A DNA stretch of 63,989 nucleotides, counting the filler, from Diploschistes diacapsis (Eukaryota): the NCBI GenBank assembly GCA_023645945.1. It is 4 parts of 4 records of this genome, joined end to end, with 100 filler letters (N's around TTAATTAATTAA, not from the genome) between each part and the next. Parts side by side here need not be neighbours in the genome. Positions count along the whole stretch, not along the records: positions 50,295 to 63,989 come from JALAIB010000636.1; 3 more parts are not named here. One strand, given 5' to 3'. This document shows positions 58,905-63,989 of the stretch, piece after piece (the first letter of the stretch is position 1; each line of letters opens with the position of its first letter). A model generated the notes under the pieces. The model ran no database searches. It saw only the letters and a program-made list of their open reading frames with translations, and was not told where the DNA came from. Position numbers and translations under genes: made by a program.

Positions 58905-61900
58905 ATGGAGCTGACACTCAATGCCGGCAAAGCTCTGGTCGATCAAATCACAGCTCTCGATCGCAGCACAGCACCGTTTCACGAACAGATCGTGGAAGCA
59001 TTCAGCCTCGTAAAACTCGACTACCTCGAAGAAGATCGTCTGTTCTCTTATGAACCCTTCAGCGATTCCCTCTTGTCCGATTATAATCCTATCGATGAAT
59101 GGACGCTGCGATGGCTACTGAAAAGGCTCAGCGCTGGAACAGCAGATGCCGAAAGTGCTCGTGCTACGTATGGCACTTGGCTTCTACTCACCCAGCTGGC
59201 TGTTAAGCTGCCAGTTAAGGTTATAGCCCGTCTTCTGCAGCCAAGTAGTCTCGTTTCTGCCACATTACAAGCCTTGGAATGGCTAAAGGCGAGGACGGCT
59301 CATGCTCAGTGGACTGACAGTGGTAATGGCAATGCGCAAAGGGCATCTGATACAAAAGTACCGAATTTGCAAGCCGAAAAAAAGGACCCGATGGCTGGTA
59401 AGAAGCGAAAGAGAGATTTTAATATCTTTCCTGAACAGCACGGCAATGATCTATTTCTGGCGCCTGCGAAGGCTGGGCAACTCTTGTTCTCAATTTCTCT
59501 TACATTGAAGACTTTGCACAGAAAGATCGACCAAAACGCTACGGGATCAGGGGCATTCGCGGCTCAGCATATTAAAGTAGCGATCCAGTTTCCTAACGAA
59601 GCTGCCGCTAAAGCCCTTGGTGCTTCTGCATACTGCCTTGTGCATCTCGGCCATAGTTTCCAACCTATTAGTATCTTGTTTACATTGGTTCTAGAGTCTC
59701 TATTCGAAGCATGGCAAAATCGAAGGTCTGTAATGGAAGAGGGCGTTGCACTATCAGAAGCGGTAAGTGAAATCCTCTATGCATGATTCCGTATTTATAA
59801 GGGCAGCGCCTTGTCTCGAAGTATTGTCTATTGTCCCTCTTAGAGCTTCGCGGTCTCGCTAAGCTAGAGACAAAAACGCCAGAGATGATTGAAGCCTTCA
59901 TTGCTGGAGCTTGCCTGATGCCGTACCATGAGAGTGCCATACTAAAGTTAAGGGCGGAAGTAGCAGATCAACGCCATGTTCGTGAGACTATCGACGAGTT
60001 AGTAGATGTCTCGTTAATAGACCTTGAAGAAGCAAATGAAGCAAAAAACAAAGCAAGTTTCAGTGATCCTCAAACTAGGGAAGGGCAGCGCGTTCTGCTT
60101 GATAAGCACGGTAATCATAAGTTACTAGAAATTGCTAAGCGCGCGAGGGCTTGCGCTGCTGCTCCCATCTTGTTTGAACTCGCAGCTAAACTGTTCTTCA
60201 CTGAGAAGAAAAAGTTGAGCGTTAAGGAAAGTACCTGGGTTCAAGAAATGTTCAAAGCTCTTTCATTGTCTGTAGGTCTGGATCTTGACGAACCAGCCAA
60301 ATCCGCCATTACCTTGTCGGGTCTAGAGGTTCTTGACAAAATGTTGCTTGTCTTCCAATCTCAAAATCTCTCACCAGGAGTTTCTATTCTTGAAACAATT
60401 GTCTTGCATTTCTCTGCTCTTTCAGATGGTGACAGGACCGAAAAAGACTGGAAACGAATGAAACATTGTATCGACATTGAATACAGACTTGTTGCCCAAA
60501 TTGGAGAGACTACACATCAGCCAAGCTCAAGTGTCCTAAAATCGCTCTTGTTTACGTTGTCCTCAAGTGGTGGCCATGGGCGGAAAAGCCAGAACGGAGT
60601 GTTCAATTCTCTTATCCAATCGATTGCAGATGCCTTCGTCAAAGCTCGTATATTTGCCCGGTTCCTTGACATGTGGGAGGCACAGGTTGCAGTACAATTC
60701 AAGGGCATATCGGACGCTGAGCTGCAGGACTTTAAGGAGACAATTTGGGACAATGCAGATCTTTTCCAGCAAATGTCAGAAAGGCTCAAACTTCTTACAA
60801 GTTCTCAAAGACTTGCGCTACTCGAGAAATACCTTCTTTCACTGGAACCATACTCGGTTTCCAGAGTTGAAGACCAATACGCAGCCATTTTGGTCTCCTC
60901 CTGCCTCCTAGACAGCCTTTGGAGCCTGAAGGCAACTGTTATTCCTCTTAAAACTGCACTTAGCTTTAGAGCAATCCTCACTTCTCGCCTGGCTGATCAA
61001 TCATTTCATAGCAGGTATAAACAAGCTCTTTGGAGACCTTTGACTATTTTATATCAAATGTGTCCCCAGATTATGACCACAGGGGAGGGTGTCGCAGTTT
61101 TGAATGATCTATATGCCTCTGCAGTAGTGACTGTCATTGCAACACTCAATGGACCCAAGACCCGCTCCACCGTCGAGAATGGTCTGTCTATGCTAAGATT
61201 CTTGGTTGGTACTTGGTCTTTAATTGAAACGCTCGAAGACGAGGATCGTCATATAGTTTCAAATTCGCTAAAGACACTATTCGATAACGTCAAGATGTTA
61301 CTACGGGATTTTTGGGACGATGACTCGAAGATCAAGCACTCGATCCTAGGGGCTCTCAATACACAAACATGGCGGAGGCAGAAGTTCTCAGTCGTCTCTG
61401 AATATCAATATTTGATTGCCGTCTATTGGATCATTGCGGACCAACCGTCGGCCCTCAAGTAAGCTTTCTCCCTTGACGGACGCGAGCCACAGGCTGATCA
61501 CGCTCGTAGAATTCTTCAACCATCTTCCTTGGTAGAGTTTGCGAGATGTCTCCAGACGGCTGCTTTCCTCGACTTTGCTGCTCGTGGGGAACAGCCACGC
61601 CTCGAAGTTTCCCCAGAGGATGAGACAACCTGGCTTGACATTTGGGATTCTTTTAGAAAATCTCAAGGTACTAGTGAAGAACCTGCTGTTTTCAGTACGA
61701 TGCCTGCCATTATGCATGTCATTCAATTACTGATGGTTGTGTAGAAGCAATCCAGCATGCCCAGCTCCAAGCATTCTGTGATGATGCCTATGTAGTGATT
61801 CATGGATTCTCCGCGGAGGAAGACTTCCCCTCAGAGATTGAAGAATTTCCTTCAGAAAAGGAGCAATCCCTCTCAATGAAGGGCTTTGGCCGATTTTCAA

Positions 61901-63989
61901 TTTACTTTTGTGTTCGTGGTTTGGTAGATCTTGACTTTTCTAGCCTATCTAAAGGCGACCGGACTGATCTAGCAAACCATATCTCCATCAAACTTGGACA
62001 AAGCGTCCGCGACGTTAGCTGCAGACAGTCTCTCCTTTACATTTTAGTGCGATGCTTGGAGAAGCCCAACAAGACCATAGACATAGTAAGCAACCTCTGG
62101 TCGGAAGTTCCAGCAGCCGCTGACATTCACAGGTTGCCGACCCACGCCTGCTCATGGCCACGGCAGTATGTTTAGATGAATATGTAGAAGAATTCGGAAC
62201 GCAGTTGTCCTTGCTACAAGCACTCACAAGGAGCATCATTAAGTACAAACACCCAGTCTTGACGCAGGTCCTGAACTGATATGTACAGGTATAATATTGA
62301 GGCTTCGAAAAAGACCCTTGAATTTACAGTTCTGAAAGATTTTGAGGCAGAAGCTTGGGGCGTAGTTGAGCAATTCAAGTTAGAAAGGCCGCAGGTTGCA
62401 GTATCTACCGCTATTGCATGTGCAATCTCATGCTGTAGAAAGCCGAGCTTCGAGGCCTTCCAATTCGACGATATCCTGCTGTACAAGCTGGTGGGAAATC
62501 AAGTTCAGGTCATCGCAGATGCTCAGAGGAGGGCGGCATACGACGAGAGAGCTGTTGCTGCTATTGAGATCGTTGCTTCCTTAGTAGGATCTCTGGACCC
62601 CCTCTCAGCTTTCTACGTGGAAACATGGCACATATTGATCGACGTAGCAAACTCTCTGCAGAAGAAAGCCTTGACATGGACCCGTGACGGAACACATGTT
62701 ACGGAAGGCGAGTCCAGAAGTGCGATAGTTCACGCCTGGGTGGCGGTCAGAGCAGCCCATGACCAGGGAAAGGAGAAGAGAGGGAAAACGGATGTTGCTG
62801 AATTGTTTAGTGATAGAGAGTTGGAAACTGGTGAGTGCCTCAATGCTGCAGAAAACGAGGCTCATAAGAACAGTCCAAGACACACTTGAGTTTCCCAAGC
62901 GGATAAGAACCCTAAGCAAAATATTTCGTTCCATGGACCCTGATCACCGAAGTGACATTCTTCATGGGCTTGTTCCAACAAGGGACAGCCTCCAACAGAT
63001 GCATGTCTGTCGGCTTCGTCTGTTGAGGAACCTTGTTGGGCGGAATATCCGTATGTTAAGGAACCCTAGTGTCTCGGTATAAACCTCTAAGCTCATAGCT
63101 AGACCTGCTCCAAGACCGTACCGAAGCTCTCAAAGCCGCCTTCAGTCACGTCTACACAGCACTGCTCGAATCCTGCGAAGAGGAAAAAATGCTGGGCTCT
63201 ACCCTTCCGAAACTATCCATCCTCAGGACTGTCCTAAGCAATAACGTAGGATACCCTCCACCTTGAACCAACTACGCCCCCACTAACCCCCCTCGTTCAG
63301 CCCTGGATAATAAACCAATCCCACATCGACTCCACCCTGGCCCTCGTCTCGATCCTGACCTCCATCTCAAGCCCCCTCCAACCCGGCGCCCCAACCCGCA
63401 AAACATACCAAGCCCTCACCTCGCTCCTCCGCACAATCTTCACCCACCACCGCCGCAAGACCGGCGGGCGCTACCACCTCGTCGTCGAGGCCCTAAAGGG
63501 GCTCCTCCGCTGCCTCTACACGCCCTACCCCAGCACAAAGGACTTCCCGCACCCGGGCTGGATAAAAGGCGCCCTTGCCAACCCGCACCCCGTTTCAAAC
63601 CCCCCCTGTGCCGAGCCCGACGTGCCCGCCCTCGAAGAAGCCCGCTCCTTCTCCCGCCTCCTCACAACCCTCTGCGAGCCCTCGGCCTCGACCCTCGAGC
63701 CCGGCAAGAAACAGAAAAACAAGCACTCTTCCTCCTTCAGCACCAGCGGGGGAGGACCACCCGGCACGCCCCTCCCCCTCCTCCTCCTCAACGACCCGGC
63801 GAAAAAGGCCCGCGCGCTCGCGGGCCAGCACCTGCAGTATCTGGCCATGGAGTACTGCGTGCTGCAGCTGCACGGGCACATGGCGGCGGAGGAGGCGCGA
63901 CGGGAGGTGGTGCAGGTGGGGCTCTGGAGCGTGCTGCGGGCCATGAGCGGCAATGTGCGGCAGGTTGTTGGCGACGCGCTGGATCGGGG
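58905..63989 (+). CDS. URB2: Nucleolar pre-ribosomal protein Urb2/Npa2, multi-exon, runs off window end
   Basis: Chain of + strand ORFs joined by short introns; N-terminal EWTLRWLLKRL; C-terminal Urb2 domain HRRKTGGRYHLVVEALKGLLRCL...ARSFSRLLTTLCEPS...KKARALAGQHLQYLAMEY. Start codon uncertain. Confidence 0.8.

Overview
Eukaryotic DNA from a filamentous ascomycete (Pezizomycotina), with short GT-AG introns carrying CTRAY branch sites. The window is four contigs joined by three artificial 100-nt spacers (N44-TTAATTAATTAA-N44). It is mostly housekeeping genes: Nup159, PUP1, APC2, MTAP/MEU1, a class II sirtuin, RPB6, TFIIIA, TAF5, MED11, VPS5, EMC10, MED17, acid trehalase, NSE1 and URB2. It also holds a GPI cell-wall protein, a G1 glutamic peptidase, a HAD dehalogenase, a Num1/Mcp5-PH protein and a secreted repeat protein. 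A decayed accessory stretch at about 31-37.5 kb contains an EthA-like monooxygenase pseudogene and a broken Cys-rich gene. The most striking observation is a tRNA-like gene at 33848-33978. It folds into a cloverleaf only after removal of a 51-nt spliceosomal-type intron (GTAAAC...CTAAT...TAG) from its variable loop, plus a short canonical anticodon-loop intron. Other highlights are a hidden in-frame alternative first exon of TAF5 with tandem IKVE (SUMO-consensus) repeats, a long RNA hairpin inside the MTAP intron, a probable GC-AG intron in MED11 and an unusually divergent Rpb6. All gene models and folds were read by eye; no searches were run.
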